Below are positions 15,951 through 32,634 of a stretch of 64,000 nt of DNA, piece by piece. Location: contig OX597830.1 of the NCBI GenBank assembly GCA_951406725.2, forward strand, positions 67,332,001 to 67,396,000. The letters run 5' to 3'. The stretch's first letter is position 1; every line of letters begins with the position of its first letter. The translations under genes were made by a program, and so were the position numbers. Source of the stretch: Octopus vulgaris (lineage: Eukaryota). The notes under the pieces are model-generated. The model did no database searches and was not told where the DNA came from. It was given only the letters and a program-made list of their open reading frames with translations.

Positions 15951-17086
15951 TTAGCAAACGCCATCTGATGCATGAGAGAGTTCGATGCAGCTGCCCTCAT
16001 CTGCACCTCCTGCCGTGAAGTTGGTTCATCCGGGACACCTGACAGGAAGAGGTCCAGTCCTACTTTAAAGACATCCGCATCTACAGCATGCAGGTCCCTC
16101 AGGTTCTTTGGGAGGATATTGAAGAGATGTGGGCCTCTGAAGCCCAGGCTATCACAATATCTTGTCCTACATCTTCATGGCAAATTTGGAGTCCTTGGAA
16201 CTATGCAGTGGCGCCCGGTTCTGGCATTTGTGTGACTCTCGATGCCAAAGTTTGGGACAATTCCTTCCAGGATCTTCCAGATATATATTGTGGCATATCT
16301 TTCTCGCCTACGCTCCAGGGAATAGAGCTTTAATCTCTTGAGTCTTTCCCAGTAGCTCATATGCTGCACAGAGGCTATCTTCTTCGTGTAGCTTCGTTGG
16401 ATCGCCTCAAATTCTGTGATCATCTTGACACTGGATGGTGACCATAGCTGAGAGCAATAGCCAAAGTGGCTTAGGAAAAGTGTCTTCCAGAGGACCATCA
16501 TGGTTTCTTGTTCTCTTGTTCTGAAGGTTCTAAGAATCCATCCAGCCAGCCGTCTACATTTCATTGCCAGTTTAGCAACATGTACATGAAAGGTCGCGTC
16601 ATCACTCATGTGAATACCCAGGTCACGCACTCATTGTGCCTCTGGGATTGCAATCCCTCCGGGTCCAGTGTATTCAATGGGTATTGCATTCAGTTTTGCA
16701 TGCTGATAGTATAAAGCTTGAAACTTTTCAGCATTGAACTGCATGCTATTCTTTTCAGCCCACTTGTATACTTCGTCCAGCTCACATTGCAGGTGCTTTG
16801 TGTCCTCAGGGTTCTGCATTGCCTGTGAAACTTTTGTATCATCTGCATAACTTGTGATCGTGGCTCTCTGCGTGGCTGAGGGCATGTCTGAGAGGGCCAT
16901 TATGAACAGTAGTGGTCCCAAAACAGTGCCCTGCGGAACACCGCTCATTATTTGCGTGTTAATGGAAGTGGCCCCATTGGCTGTTACCACCTGACTTCTA
17001 TTCTTCAGAAAGTCATGAAGCCATTCTCCCAATTTTCCAACTATGCCAAGATCACGCAGTTTGTGACATATCATTCCATGATCGAC
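15948..17086 (-). mobile_element. CR1/L2-type LINE family B, RT C-terminal half lacking its 3' tail
   Basis: [22 protein letters not shown]; internal stops. Confidence 0.9.
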
Positions 17087-17088
17087 TT

Positions 17089-17121
<33 letters not shown>

Positions 17122-17122
17122 A

Positions 17123-17507
17123 CTAGCAGTATCGCCCGGCGTTGCTCGGGTTTCTAAGGGAAATAACTATAAAGCACTTTTAGAGAGTTATAGCCAAAAA
17201 ATAGCAAAAAAAATGGGAAAAAATGATGGTAAATTTTTTTTTGATAGTTAAAAAGGCCGAGTTGCGTCCCCTAGACCATCTGCGTTTTGTGTTTCTGATT
17301 GTCGACCCCATGTCGAATTTATCGATCTTTTTCTGAACTGGGGGAACTTTTCAAAATTTTCGCTGCGTTAGTTTTGAATTATGACATTGGGCTATGTGTG
17401 TGTCAAGTTTCATCAGAATCGGTTGAAAGCCGTGGTCAGAGTGAGGGTACAAGCAAACAGACACACAGAAACACGCACAGACAAACTGCCGTTTATATAT
17501 AGAGAGA
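17123..17507 (-). mobile_element. Non-autonomous Helitron, copy 2
   Basis: Reverse complement of 10236-10606; CTAG at 17123. Confidence 0.8.
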
Positions 17508-18674
<1,167 letters not shown>

Positions 18675-19908
18675 ACTTTGATACTTTGATAGGTTTCGGC
18701 CATTATTGGCCCAGGCCATGTCTAACTTAATAGCACCACCTGGTGAAGTCTTTCAAGTCAGAATTTGGGCACTATGGCCCACTCAAGTAGAGAGTTATTG
18801 TTTACAGAGACATATCCGGGTGTATGGGGTTTATCCGGGATTTCTTGAAAGAATCTGTCCAAAGACTTCTTGAACCCTATAGGGTCAGTTTCTGTTTTAA
18901 TGTGTTTTGGTGTAATGTTAAAGAGAGCGGGGCCAATTGAGGTGAAATAATTGTGCCGTATTGTTGTTATGAGATGAGAGTGCGATTTTTGTTTTGGGCG
19001 GATGGCACGGGGTCCAAGCTTTGGATGTACCTTAAAGGTGATGCCAACATCATTTGGGCAATGCTGATGGAATATTTTCCACATCATGCAGATGATGTAG
19101 CGCTCACGACGACGTTGGAGAGAATAAAGTTTTAGCTTTTCTAGTCGACCCCAATAGTCGAGGCCTGTCATGCCATCTATATTTTTTGTGATTGCCCTTT
19201 GAGTTGCTTCAACTTTTATGATACCTTGTATTGTGTGGGGAGACCACAGTGGACAACAGTATTCAAGGTGGAGTCGGGCAAAAGTGGAGAAGAGAAGGAT
19301 AATTGTGTGGATATCTCTCGACTGGAAAGTTCTGAGAATCCAGGAACACATTCTGCGGGCCATGTCAACTTTGGTGTTTATATGAGTGGCCCAGCTTATG
19401 TTGTTGTCCACAATTACTCCCAAGTCTCTGATGTTGTTGGACGCCGCGAGAGTTTCACCTGAAGGAAGGGAGTATGGGAGTTTCAGGGCATCCTCTTTTC
19501 CAAAGTGGATTAACTCAGATTTATCCTCGTTCAGCAGCATATTGTTTTTTTCTGCCCATTGGATAACAGCCAGTAGATCTGACTGAAGGCATGTCCGGTC
19601 ACTCGCCTCATTTATGACCTTCTGTAGCTTGGAATCATCTGCAAAAATTTTTATGTTGCTGTGCTTGATGATGTCATTAATGTCATTAATGTAAATGATG
19701 AAAAGAAGTGGGCCCAGCACAGTGCCTTGCGGAACGCCACTACTGACTTTGGCTGGGCTTGATTTTACCCCTTCAACTACAACATGTTGAGATCTGTCTG
19801 TCAGGAAACACTTGATCCATTTCAGTAACTTTCCAGAGACACCAATGTTGGATAGTTTTTTCAATAGGATCTTGTGATCGACCCTATCGAAGGCCTTACT
19901 GAAATCAA
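18675..19908 (-). mobile_element. CR1/L2-type LINE family A, 5'-truncated young copy
   Basis: Peptide DFSKAFD...WAIVPKF is almost identical to 12894-14042; same TATCAAAG tail. Confidence 0.95.
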
Positions 19909-20451
19909 ATGTATGTATATATATATATATATATGTATGTATATATTTATATATATGTATGTGTATGTATATATATATATATGTATGTATGTGTATGTAT
20001 ATATATATATATATGTATGTATGTGTATATATATATATATATGTATGTATGTATATATATATATGTATATATATGTATGTATATATATATATATGTATGT
20101 ATATATATATATGTGTATGTATATATATATATGTATGTATATATATATATATGTATGTATGTATATGTATGTGTATATATATATATGTATATGCATGTGT
20201 ATATATATATATATGTATATGTATGTGTATATATATATATATATGTATATGTATGTGTATATATATATATGTATATGTATGTATATATATATGTATATGT
20301 ATGTATATATATATATATGTATATGTATGTATATATATATATATGTATGTATATATATATATGCATGTATATATATATATGTATGTATATATATATATAA
20401 ATATATGTATATATGTATGTATATATATATATGCATGTATATATATATATG

Positions 20452-20524
<73 letters not shown>

Positions 20525-20540
20525 ATATATATATATACGT

Positions 20541-20571
<31 letters not shown>

Positions 20572-20702
20572 TATATATATATATATGTATGTATATATAT
20601 ATATATGTATGTATATATATATATGTATGTATATATATATATCTATGTATATATATATATATGTATGTATATATATGTGTGTGTGTATGTATATATATGC
20701 AT

Positions 20703-20739
<37 letters not shown>
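19909..20739. repeat. Degenerate (TA)n/(TATG)n tract
   Basis: Seen directly. Confidence 0.95.
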
Positions 20740-20740
<1 letters not shown>

Positions 20741-21123
20741 CTCTATATATAAACGGCAGTTTGTCTGTGCGTGTTTCTGTGTGTCTGTTTGCTTGTACCC
20801 TCACCCTGACCACGGCTTTCAACCGATTCTGATGAAACTTGACACACACATAGCCCAATGTCATAATTCAAAACTAACGCAGCCAAAATTTTGAAAAGTT
20901 TCCCCAGTTCTGAAAAAAATCGATAAATTCGACATGGGGTCGAGAATCAGAAACACGAACCACAAATTGTCTAGGGGACGCAACTCCATCCTTTTTTAAC
21001 TCTCAAAAAAAATTTACCATAATTCTTTTTCCATTTTTTTGCTATTTTTTGGCTATAACTCTCTAAAAATGCTTTATAGTTATTTCCCTTACAAACCTGA
21101 GCAACGCCGGGCGATACTGCTAG
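20740..21123 (+). mobile_element. Non-autonomous Helitron, copy 3
   Basis: TC start at 20740, subterminal hairpin, CTAG at 21120-21123. Confidence 0.8.
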
Positions 21124-21180
21124 TATATATATATACATACAGATATATATATATACATACATATATATATATATACATAC

Positions 21181-21213
<33 letters not shown>

Positions 21214-21214
<1 letters not shown>

Positions 21215-21464
21215 GATTGATTGATTGATTGATTCTAGTTTCAGCTTATGAGCTGTGGCCATGCTGGGGCACCGCCATTTGGTGTTGCTACTTGGTTTTA
21301 CTTCACGAAAGTTTTTTAGCAACTGCCATTTGGTGCATGAGAGAGTTCGATGCAGCTGCCCTCATGTGCACCTCCTGCCGTGAAGTTGGTTCATCTGGGA
21401 CACCTGACAGGAAGAGATCCAGTTTCATTTTAAAGACATCTGCATCCACCCCTTGCAGGTCTCT

Positions 21465-21465
<1 letters not shown>
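21214..21465 (-). mobile_element. LINE family B 3' end with (TCAA)n tail
   Basis: [20 protein letters not shown]; GGCGGTGCCCCAGCATGGCC..GCTGAAAC 3' UTR. Confidence 0.88.
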
Positions 21466-22479
<1,014 letters not shown>

Positions 22480-23330
22480 GGGGTCCCCAGCATCAGTTTC
22501 AGTGACCACAGCTTGCAGGTGGTGAACGAGTTCACTTACCTGGGATCGACGGTCTCCAGCAGCCTGTCCCTCGAGCCGGAGCTGAACAGACCGATTGGGA
22601 GGGCTGCTGCTGCCATGGCTAAGCTCTCTAGGAGAGTGTGGGAAAACAACATGCTCACAATAACCACCAAGATCGCAGTGTACCGAGCCTGCGTGCTGAG
22701 CACCCTACTCTACGGCAGCGAGAGCTGGACAACATACACCCGGCAAGAATGCCGCCTTAGCGGCTTCCACATGCGGTGTCTTCGACGGATCCTTGGCATC
22801 TCCTGGAAGGACCGAGTACCGAACGGAGTCATCCTAGAACAGACTAATATGCCAAGCATGCATGCCCTCCTCGTGCGGAGACGACTGCGCTGGCTCGGAC
22901 ACGTCTGCCGCATGCAGGACGGTCGCATGTCTAAAGACATCCTGTATAGCGAACTCACCACGGGATCCCGACCCAAGGGACGTCCACAGCTACGATACAG
23001 GGATGTGTGCAAGCGCGACCTGAGGACTGCCAACATCAGTGTGGACACGTGGGAGGTAACAGCTGCTGACCGCTCTGCCTGGCGTCGGACAGTGAGGAAA
23101 GGCGTTTCCATGGCTGAGGAAAGGAGATCACAGCTGTGGTCGGACAGGCGGGCCAGGAGGAGGACAACTGCAGCAACACCCCACACGTACCCATCGATGT
23201 TCGTGTGCAGCAACTGTACCAGGGACTGCCTCTCTAGAATTGGACTGTTCAGTCACAGCAGACGCTGCACATCATCAAAGTAGGCCCCACCCTTGGCGCA
23301 TCCCATTGTCTATCAAGACAGACGGGGAGA

Positions 23331-23332
<2 letters not shown>
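22480..23332 (+). mobile_element. RTE-clade (BovB-like) LINE, 5'-truncated, stop-free C-terminus
   Basis: [31 protein letters not shown]-terminal CxxC..H..C; GC-rich relative to flanks. Confidence 0.9.
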
Positions 23333-23369
<37 letters not shown>

Positions 23370-25773
23370 CTGTTCTTCAGCCAGGTTTGCATTGTTGATG
23401 CCTATGTTATCTTCTGAGAATATAGATGCTTTTGTCACAAGAACTAATGCCCTAGTGTAGCGAGGAAGCGTTCATATGCGAATAGTATTTGTGCAAGACA
23501 CCTGCAATCATGGGTGAAGTGAGAAAAATAAGAAGTTAGTTCCTGTTTAGATTGCACAATCCTTGCAAAATTTGTATAAATTTCATGTAAAATATTGTAT
23601 CAAAATATGTCCGTTTTTCAATTGGGAAAATGTACAGCTAAAATGTACACGCTTAAATAAACTTACATTAAATGATATTTATATGTTCATCATAATTTTA
23701 AAAAAACACTTTCTATAACTTATAGAACTATTTAATGTCTTTACTGTTTTCCTTCTTTGAATTTTAGGCTTTGGGAGTCTTTTGATGATTTCAGGATGTG
23801 AACTTTATAATTCATTTATATATATATATAAATTGTGTTTCATATTGCATCTGATGATATTATTTTCCTAAAGATTTTATTTAATTATGCCTAAATTAGT
23901 AAGACATTAAAAGGATCTGCACTGACGTCATAAATACTGAACTTCATAAAAATAAAATAGTTGTAAATACGATTTCAGACCTTCATTTGAATTCAATGAT
24001 GCTAACCATGTTGAAATCTCTAAAACTAAATTGAAAATAAAACTGTTTATCTTTTATCTATAAATGGATTTTTCTGTGTCTATATCCGTTGTAGTTGTTA
24101 GACTTTTAGATGTGGTTATTCTTTGCCTCTTGCTTACTACTGTTACTTATATACCTCCTCCTTCAAACATATATTTTACTTAAAACATGTTTTCTATACC
24201 TAGAAATACTAACCCAAACATTTCTTTCAACAATTAACATTGTTTTTCTTCTTTTCTCTAGCCTGAAACAACAGAAAAACAAATTCAACTGATTTCGGCA
24301 TCGACATCTTCTTCGGATATGTAAGTAGACAAACATTTCCAAATAAACTTTCTTCATCATATCGAAAGACCCACTAAATACCTACATATCTCGATATCTG
24401 ATCCTTACAGAATGTACCAATCTCTCATCCACTTTGCACCTCCTATATTTATCACGTATAACTCGTTGCATGTAAATTTATTTATATGTAATTTGATAAG
24501 TATTTTTACATATATTTTATATTTCTTCTATATTTCTATGTATATTTGATTTCATTCTTTATAACCTTGGGGAATTTTCACGCTTGTACATGCATGATTT
24601 ATGTTGATGTGTATAAATATATATGATTCAACTACTTCGATTGAAATTTCTCATTTATGCGTTCGGGAATCTGTTTGACTTACTAAGACTTGCGTTTTAA
24701 ATTTTCTCTACTCTGTATTTTTTCGCGTAGGCTCTCTATGAGCACTCCGTAAATAGCCGATACATTTTAAAACATACCTACATACTTAATATATATACAT
24801 ATACATATATGTGTGTGTGTGTGTGTATTTATTTATTATAGACTTTCTACTGACTCCGTCTCTCTCTTGTATTCCCAGCCTTTCTTCTTTCCCTTCATCT
24901 CTTCCCTATTTTTCTCTGTCGTTCTCTCACCCTGCAGTCTTTCTCCTCTGCCTGCTGCTGTCGCGTGACCAACTGCCAGTACCCCTTTTTCTTCCCTTCT
25001 TACACTGGTCCTGTAGCTGAACAGTCGCAAATTTTCTGTCGCTATGTTCACCATCTTCCAAGACATTTTCTAAGCGTTACCTCTTCTCCTCGGTCCCAAG
25101 GCCCTATTTTGTTTGCGAATTAGAAAACATATTTAAATGATTAAATGTTTACAAATTTCAATAATATCAGAAAATGATGGGCGAAGTATATAAAAAATGT
25201 GGATCACCAAAAGTTCAGTCATACTGATTTAAGAGAGAAACAGATAAAGAAAGAAGAGAGTAAGCAAAAGGGATTTTGTTACAGTTTCTTTCATCTTGCA
25301 TGTGATTCTTTTTACCGTCGCGTAGAGGGTTTTTCGCCTGTAACGGACTGCTTTGGAATCAGTGTATCTATAATCTTTTCTGTGAAAGGATATAATTTTT
25401 GATTCGTTATAATTCTTATTCTTATTCTTTCTGGAGACCAAGTTTGACATTCTGCCTGGTTGTCTTGCCTGTGGGGAATGGTCATGAAACGTTCCTGTTG
25501 TTTGATTCTCTTACCGAGTCAGTCTGTTTATTTTCTTGAAGGTCCAGTTCTAATCGGAGGTAAAATTTCATTGGTCTAGTGATAGGTTATTGCATGGTGA
25601 TTTGGAGTTGCGGTTTCGAAAGCCGAAAGGAAGTTACATGCCGATCGGTTGAGATTCTCCAACAAAGTAGATGAAATATGCTTTGTAATTTGTGTGTGTG
25701 TGTGTTAATATTTTTATTTAAGAAAATAGTAATAGTAGTAAAATAAGGTGATGATAATAATACTTTCGACTGT

Positions 25774-25945
25774 AGGCACACGGTCTCGAATTTGTGGGGA
25801 AGAGATTAGTCGGTTACACCGACTCCAGTGTTTTTACTGGTACTTAATTTATCGACCCTCAAAAGGATGAAAAGCAAAGTCGACTCGGTGGAATTTGAAA
25901 TCCGAACGAAGCGACGCGCTTACGATTCTGCCAGTTCGCCGCCTA
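25774..25945 (-). mobile_element. tRNA-derived SINE with a Nin-domain-like core
   Basis: A-box TGGCAGAATCG, B-box-like TTCAAATTCC, core GCTTTTCATCCTTTTGAGGGTCGATAAATTAAGTACCAG. Confidence 0.7.
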
Positions 25946-26084
25946 AAAGATAATAATAAAAGAAAGTATACAAAAATGTTAAAATATGAAATTTAATAAA
26001 AATGAAAATGAATAATAGTAAATAATTAATATTGATAAAAATTAATAATTATAAAACTTAAAATATTCAGGCTAAGATAATAGT

Positions 26085-27039
26085 AGTCTATAGTATAAGA
26101 TGTATAGAGGGATGATACAGTAACAAGACAACGACATACGCAGGGGAAACGGCACGAAGCATAGGAGAGCGGGTAAATGGGCATTGGAGAGAACTTAAGG
26201 AAGGTAAAAGCTCATCGATTCTGTACCAACACGCCGAGCAGGAACACGGGGGATCAATCAACAACAGAGATGTTAAAATCTTGTCTACGCATAGAACAGA
26301 TGCAACATTCAGACAAATTACGGAAGCTACACACATAATAGAAGATAAACCTAGCCTGAATAGGTAACTGGAATGGAACACTAGCACACACCACAACATA
26401 TGACAGTAGAGGATCCCCATAAACTGGTTACAATATAAACAAAAACAAAAACATAATGAATAAAATACACAGATAAATAAACAAATAGAAATAAATAACT
26501 ATATAATCTCTTTATTAAATTTAAAAGATTTTTTTTTATTTTTTAAATTTTTAAATTTTTGAAATGTTTTTAAATGTTTTATTATTATTATTATTAGTAT
26601 TGTTGTTATACATACATACATACAATCATACGTAATGATAATAATAATATGTGGATTTAAACACATGAACAAAATAAGAATAAACAAAAACAAATTACAC
26701 GAACGTATATAAACAGAAGATACAAATATTGCAGGCATCTTCCCACATACACACACTATATAAACATAGACGCACATAGAGATATAAGCATGCGCAAATG
26801 AAGACACATACAATAGAAACACAAAATGGCTGACGGTTAGTAACGAGAGACACAAATAAGAAAGAAGAAAACAAAAGACCACTGCATCGGTCACAGGAGT
26901 GTGACGAAAGAACTCTGGCCGAAATAAGATTAAGATTAATGTAAAAAATAAATAACACTGAAGCAAAGTAACACCAAGTATATAGTGCGTGTGTTTTTAT
27001 TGGCTAAACTGGCAAAATGACCATTCCGAAATATAACAA

Positions 27040-27040
<1 letters not shown>
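26085..27040 (+). mobile_element. PLE 3' fragment (same family as 14617-15640) with degenerate HHR at 26877-26920
   Basis: GIY-YIG remnant YAGETARSIGER; gacca-ctgcatcg-GTCAC/GTGAC-GAAA-GAAC-TC-tggcc. Confidence 0.85.
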
Positions 27041-27073
<33 letters not shown>

Positions 27074-27259
27074 GTGAAAACTCACAGTAGCTTATATGAT
27101 ATGATGGAAAGTGTCAGTTGTCCACAATAGTGTAGTGGAGTATATAAGGCTCATTTCGACGGTGTTAAAACAACTTAATCATAGACAGGCGAGATAACTC
27201 ACCCTCATTCCCATTTTGGAATGATGGATATCGGTGTTTCGCCATTTTTGAAGCTTTTC

Positions 27260-27565
27260 AACATTATATACCTGTCTGGGCGCGATGGCAAAACGATTTC
27301 TTCTACTAAGGCCTCGGACCGACCAAAGCCTTGTGAGTGGACTTGGTAGAGGGAAACCAAAGGAAGACCGTCGTATATTATGTATATGTGTATGTGTGTG
27401 TCTTCGTGTCTGTATTTTTCCTTCCACTATCGTCTCACAACCGACGTTGGTGTGTTTACGTTCCCGTAACTTACCGGTTCGCGGATAGACCTATAGAATA
27501 AGTACTAGACTTACAAAGAATGAGTCCCGGAGTTGATTTCCTCAACTAAAATTCTTTAAGGTAGC
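27260..27565 (+). mobile_element. Degraded SINE-like repeat body
   Basis: Resembles, from recall only, an abundant cephalopod SINE body (caaccga..gtaacttaccggttcg..ataagtacta). Confidence 0.45.
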
Positions 27566-28806
27566 CTTAAATAATGGAAATCCACCCCTCCAAAATATAT
27601 AGATAATAGCAAAAATAAATTAGGGAAAATATGTAGTTGTAGAAAAATCGATTTATGCCCACTTGAATGATTCTGTCTCCATAAAAATGTATTATACGGA
27701 TGTACAGTAGTATCAGATAAGTATCAGACTGGAACATATATAGTTAGTACCGTTGTATTTTAAAAAAAGTTATAGAACGCATTTAAATTCATTTACTAAC
27801 ATTAAATATAAAAATTATACTACTCTACCCTCATATATACATAATTTAAGGAATAAGAGCATATATACTAGCAAACGGCCTCCCCTATAATGCTATAGGT
27901 AACAAATGTACTTTATGCATTAGAGAATCATACATTATTCTAAAATATTGCAATTCGGGCATATTAAATAAATTGTCTGATACCATTCATTCATGAACCC
28001 ATAAATTTCACTCATCTTTCATGGAACTCTATAAGACGAGATACAAGGAATGAAGTATTTGGCAGTCCTGCTTATTCTGCTATTAGTAATTGATTATTCT
28101 CGGAATTTATTGGAAAATCGATTGTTTTTTAAACTTCACCCATCATCCTACACTAGAAGTTTCCTTTTGTATATAAGCGTGAATCATCGTAAAATGGTCA
28201 GTATCTGATAGAGTAGCCGACGACCAACGTAATGTAACCAGAAATTTCCTTCCTTTCTTTTATTTTCTCTTACATATCTTCAAACTTGATTAATTATCTA
28301 TTTATTTATCCCTAGTAAAGGGTACATGTCAGTGTGAATCGAAAGGATTCATACCTGCTGACTAATGGACTCCAAAAACGGCCGTCGAATTGCTTCATAT
28401 TGATGTTATAAAATTCTATAAATCATTTCTTCGGAACTCTTCTAAAATTTTAAATCTATAATTAGGATTTCTAACTACTGTAGATGTATCTTATAACTAT
28501 TAATCCTTATTTCAACGTCCTTTAACCTTAAATTTAATATATGTTATATCTGTGTATGTAGTTATGTATTTATTATGTTGATGTAAATCATAAATATGAA
28601 ATGATTATTTCAATTTTTGTCTCTTCTTATACCAAGTTATACATCTCGGTTTCCACCTTAGCACTTCCAAGCAATCGAGTAAAAAATCATTTTCGAAAGA
28701 AAAATAAACAATATTATTTCTGGCCAAAATCAGATCGCCATGTTGATTCGCTAGCCTCTGCACGCATTTATTTTCTCTCCTTCTTTCTGTGTTTCTTCTC
28801 TGTGTA

Positions 28807-28844
28807 TCTTTCTGTTGAAGAACGTAGGCTCGAAACGTTAAAGA
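28807..28844 (+). ncRNA. Degenerate minimal hammerhead in a PLE-terminus fragment (~28770-28975)
   Basis: TCTTT-CTGTTGA-agaac gtag gctc-GAAAC-GT-T-AAAGA; A6 changed to U. Confidence 0.55.
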
Positions 28845-28972
28845 CTTGTTTTATTTATATTTCCTGAGCGCCATACTAATACAATTGTTTGTTTGTATTC
28901 CACCTGCCTTCGTCTTTTGTTTATTTCCGTAAACCTGCCTTCGTCTTTTGTCTATTTTCATAAAGCTTCCCG

Positions 28973-29019
<47 letters not shown>

Positions 29020-30892
29020 TATAGGTATTATGGTGATATTGGATTTTATTTTCTATTTGAAGTAAAGTATTTTCCTTTGTTAATGTAATGTAACCATGTA
29101 GGTGTGATGTTTGCTTTAAAATTACAAGAGATCCAGCAATTTTACTGGCTCTGCTTGTTTCTTTGTTTCTGTTTTTTCTTTTATACTTCACTCTTTCATA
29201 GTTTCTGTTGACGACTTTGACCATTTTGAACTAGATTTGATAATATATCTTCAGTTCTAAAAAAATCAATTTTCTGGACATTTGAAATTATTATTTAGTC
29301 TCGAAAATATTTATCAGATATTTATAAATATATGATATTAATTCTAACTTAGGCATTAGTCAGATCCTTTTGTATTGAAGAAATGAAATGACGTTATAAC
29401 GGTAAGGAAAAGGAAATATTGAATCGGAAACTACAAAGGGGATTCCTGTAGATATAAAGGGAAAAGCGAAAACATTTTGGTTCCAACAAAAGCGATGCTC
29501 AAGTAAATCAAGTAAACTAAGAAAAATGTAAAGTGTGTTACCACCGTGTATTTAGTGTAGCTTTGAAATTTGCCCCATAAACGCTAAGTATCTCCACCAA
29601 ATACATACAGTCAATTCAGAAATGTTTAACCTATCAGTTTATCTCTTCTAATGTTACTGTTTGTTTGTGTCTTAATATACATCTGAAGAAAATGTAGTGG
29701 ATTAGCAGAATTATAAAACGGTCAAACAAAATACCTTATGGTAATTGTTGAAATTTGAGGTCTTATTTTATGTAAGAAATCATACATTGAAGCAGAAGTT
29801 TTTCTAGAGATGTGAATTAAATTAAGCAGATTTACTGTCTTTTACAGTTCATCAGATCTCACTCACCCACACATCCCACAAAACCGAGATAAATGGCAGA
29901 AGGCTATATATCAAAACACAATCAAAATTGTACCAATTAAATGCCATTTGAAAATTGTAGAAATTTGATGACTTGATATTAATTACATGAGTATTTACAC
30001 CCCAGACTTTATGCGTAAATGTACCAATTGGTGTGAAATGAAGTCTATGAACTATATTTTCAACAGCTTGTAATAAAAATCAAACTGACGAGTTTTACTG
30101 TCTGAGCACTTCGTCAAGATTTGCTGACCTCTCTTTTGAAATAAAATTGTTCAAAGCTACTTATTGAAATGTATTCCTAATTTCACAACTGGTCTAAATA
30201 CACATAGATATTACTCCATAAATTTAGTCATAATACTCACTGACTCTTTCTACCTTCTTCTCATATGTTCTTAGCTTTTCTCTCCGCCTTTGTTCACCTG
30301 ACCCTGACCATTCCTCTAGCCCCTGACTCATTCTGACCTTAACTCCCTCTTGGTTATCCTTCTCATCACCTCCTATATTAGTCTTTCAGTAATATTCCAT
30401 TGTTTCTTGCTCCCAACCCATGAAACAATATCACTTTTCTCCTTTTCTTAACTTTTAGATGAAGTTCAAATGTCCAGAATGTTAACTAAACTCCATATGA
30501 CAAACAACTTTCACTAATCTTAAACTTCCTCCTTGGTTCATTTTTTGTAGATCACTTTCTCTGACGAATATAAAATCATGTGATGAAGAAGACAGTTATA
30601 GTGACGAAGAATCCCAAGTAATTTAATGTTTTTCATTTTTTCTTTATTACTTCTGTTTGCACGAATTATGACCAATGTGTGTTTTGGAATTTCATCAAAG
30701 ACTCTGTTTTAACAGCAACCTTATAAATTTTGCTTATGAATATCTTAATACATTTTCCAGTATACCAATGTACAGCTGACTATTATTTTTCACATATGTG
30801 GAACAGCGTTCTATTTCTCGTAGTGATAGATTAGATTACTATTTTACATAATCATAGAGCAAAATAAATTTTCTTTATTAGTGGATGGAAGC

Positions 30893-31235
30893 AATCTGTC
30901 GGTTCCGACGACGAGGGTTCCGGTTGATCCGATCAACGGAACAGCCTGCTTGTGAAATTAACGTGTAAGTGGCTGAGCACTCCACAGACACGTGTACCCT
31001 TAACGTAGTTCTCGGGGATATTCAGCATGACACAGAGAGTGACAAGGCCGGCTCTTTGAAATACAGGTACAACAGAAACAGGAAGAAAGAGGATCACCAC
31101 CATCCCCTGCCGGAGCCTCGTGGAGCTTTAGGTGTTTTCGCTCAATAAACACTCACAACGCCCGGTCTGGGAATCGAAACCGCGATCCTACGACCGCGAG
31201 TCCGCTGCCCTAACCACTGGGCCATTGCGCCTCTA
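30893..31235 (-). mobile_element. tRNA-derived SINE
   Basis: Head GGCGCAATGGCCCAGTGGTTAGGGCAGCGGACTC..GGTTTCGATTCCC with A and B boxes. Confidence 0.8.
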
Positions 31236-31336
31236 CTCATTATTAGTAGTGATAACTACTATATTACGCAATGGTTGAACCAGCTACTGACTTTTTTGTA
31301 TAATTAGGGTAAATTAGAACTTATATATATATTTTT

Positions 31337-31616
31337 TTCTCACGTGATCACGTGACCGACCAGGCTTTCAGATGTTGCTACACATCGCTGGTCACAATGC
31401 GCTTTGCATTGATTTTACCTTCAAATGACGCCACCCCGCTGGCTAAATGAGCAGGCCATCAGAAGAAAGTTGCGGCGAAAGCGTACAGTAGGGATCGCCA
31501 CCAGCCGCTGCCGGTGTTTTCGGTGAATAAACACTCACAACGCCTGATCTGGGAATTGAAACCGCGATCCTACGACCGCGAGTCCGCTGCCCCAACCACT
31601 GGGCCATTGCGCCTCC
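31337..31616 (-). mobile_element. tRNA-derived SINE with the same head but a different body and tail
   Basis: Head nearly identical to 31145-31235; the 3' part does not align. Confidence 0.75.
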
Positions 31617-31733
31617 ACACACACACAAACACACATATATATATATATTGCCTTTAGCCCTGTTTTCCATGTCTATAGGTGCATATAGACGTGGGAATGA
31701 ACATTTTTGTGCGCGCGCGTGTGTGTGTGGGGT

Positions 31734-31791
<58 letters not shown>

Positions 31792-32037
31792 AATAATAAT
31801 AATATTAGGGAATAAATCCAAACTTACAGGGAAAAATTAGATTTAGGATGAAATCCAATTTTATAGTATAAATATATTATATTATATTATATTAAATTAG
31901 AGATAAAACCATTATTAGGCAAATCAAACAGTGAAACGCATAAGCCATTACATAAAATTAATTTAAAAATATAAAATTTAAAATTTAAAAGAATTATTTT
32001 AATAATTTAAACTTATAAATTTTAAATATATATATAC

Positions 32038-32500
32038 AAATAGGCGAGAAAGATATGCCATAATATACATCTGGAAGATCCTGGAAGGAATTGTCCCAAA
32101 CTTTTGCATCGAGAGTTACACAAATGCCAGAACTGGGCGCCACTGCGTGGTGCCAAGGACTCCAAATTTGCCATCAAGATGTAGGACAAGATACTGTGAT
32201 AGCCTGGGCTTCAGAGGCCCACAGCTCTTCAATATCCTCCCGAAGAACCTGAGGGACCTGCATGGGGTGGATGCGGATGTCTTTAAAGTAGGACTGGATC
32301 TCTTCCTGTCAGGTGTCCAGGATGAACCAACTTCACGGCAGGAGGTGCAGATGAGGGCAGCTGCATCAAACTCTCTCATGCACCAAATGGCAGTTGCTAA
32401 AACGCATTCGTGGGGTAAAATCATGTAGCAGCACCAAATGGCGGTGCCCCAGCATGGCCACAGCTTAAGAGCTGAAACTGGAAAACATAAACATAAACAT
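32038..32500 (+). mobile_element. LINE family B 3' fragment with (ACATAA)n tail
   Basis: [22 protein letters not shown]; 3' UTR stem-loops. Confidence 0.9.
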
Positions 32501-32634
32501 ACATATATTTATATGTATGTATATTTTTATATTTATATATTATTTTATTTATAAATTTATTTATTTATTATTTTTTTAATTATTATATAAATATCAAAAG
32601 TATTAAAAGTTTAATAAAATATAAAGAGTAAAAC

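Noticed and set aside
18758-20722. 654-aa ORF fusing a HIYIY repeat to RT (similar cases at 42853 and 48209)
   Set aside because: A stop-free microsatellite happens to be in frame with a 5'-truncated element; not a real fusion protein.
26100-26380. In-frame TGA/TAA in the second Nematis-like GIY-YIG copy
   Set aside because: The TGA corresponds to CGA (Arg) in the sister copy, consistent with ordinary decay rather than recoding.
31145-31235. tRNA gene
   Set aside because: A and B boxes are present but it continues into a SINE body without a clear acceptor stem or terminator; treated as a SINE head.
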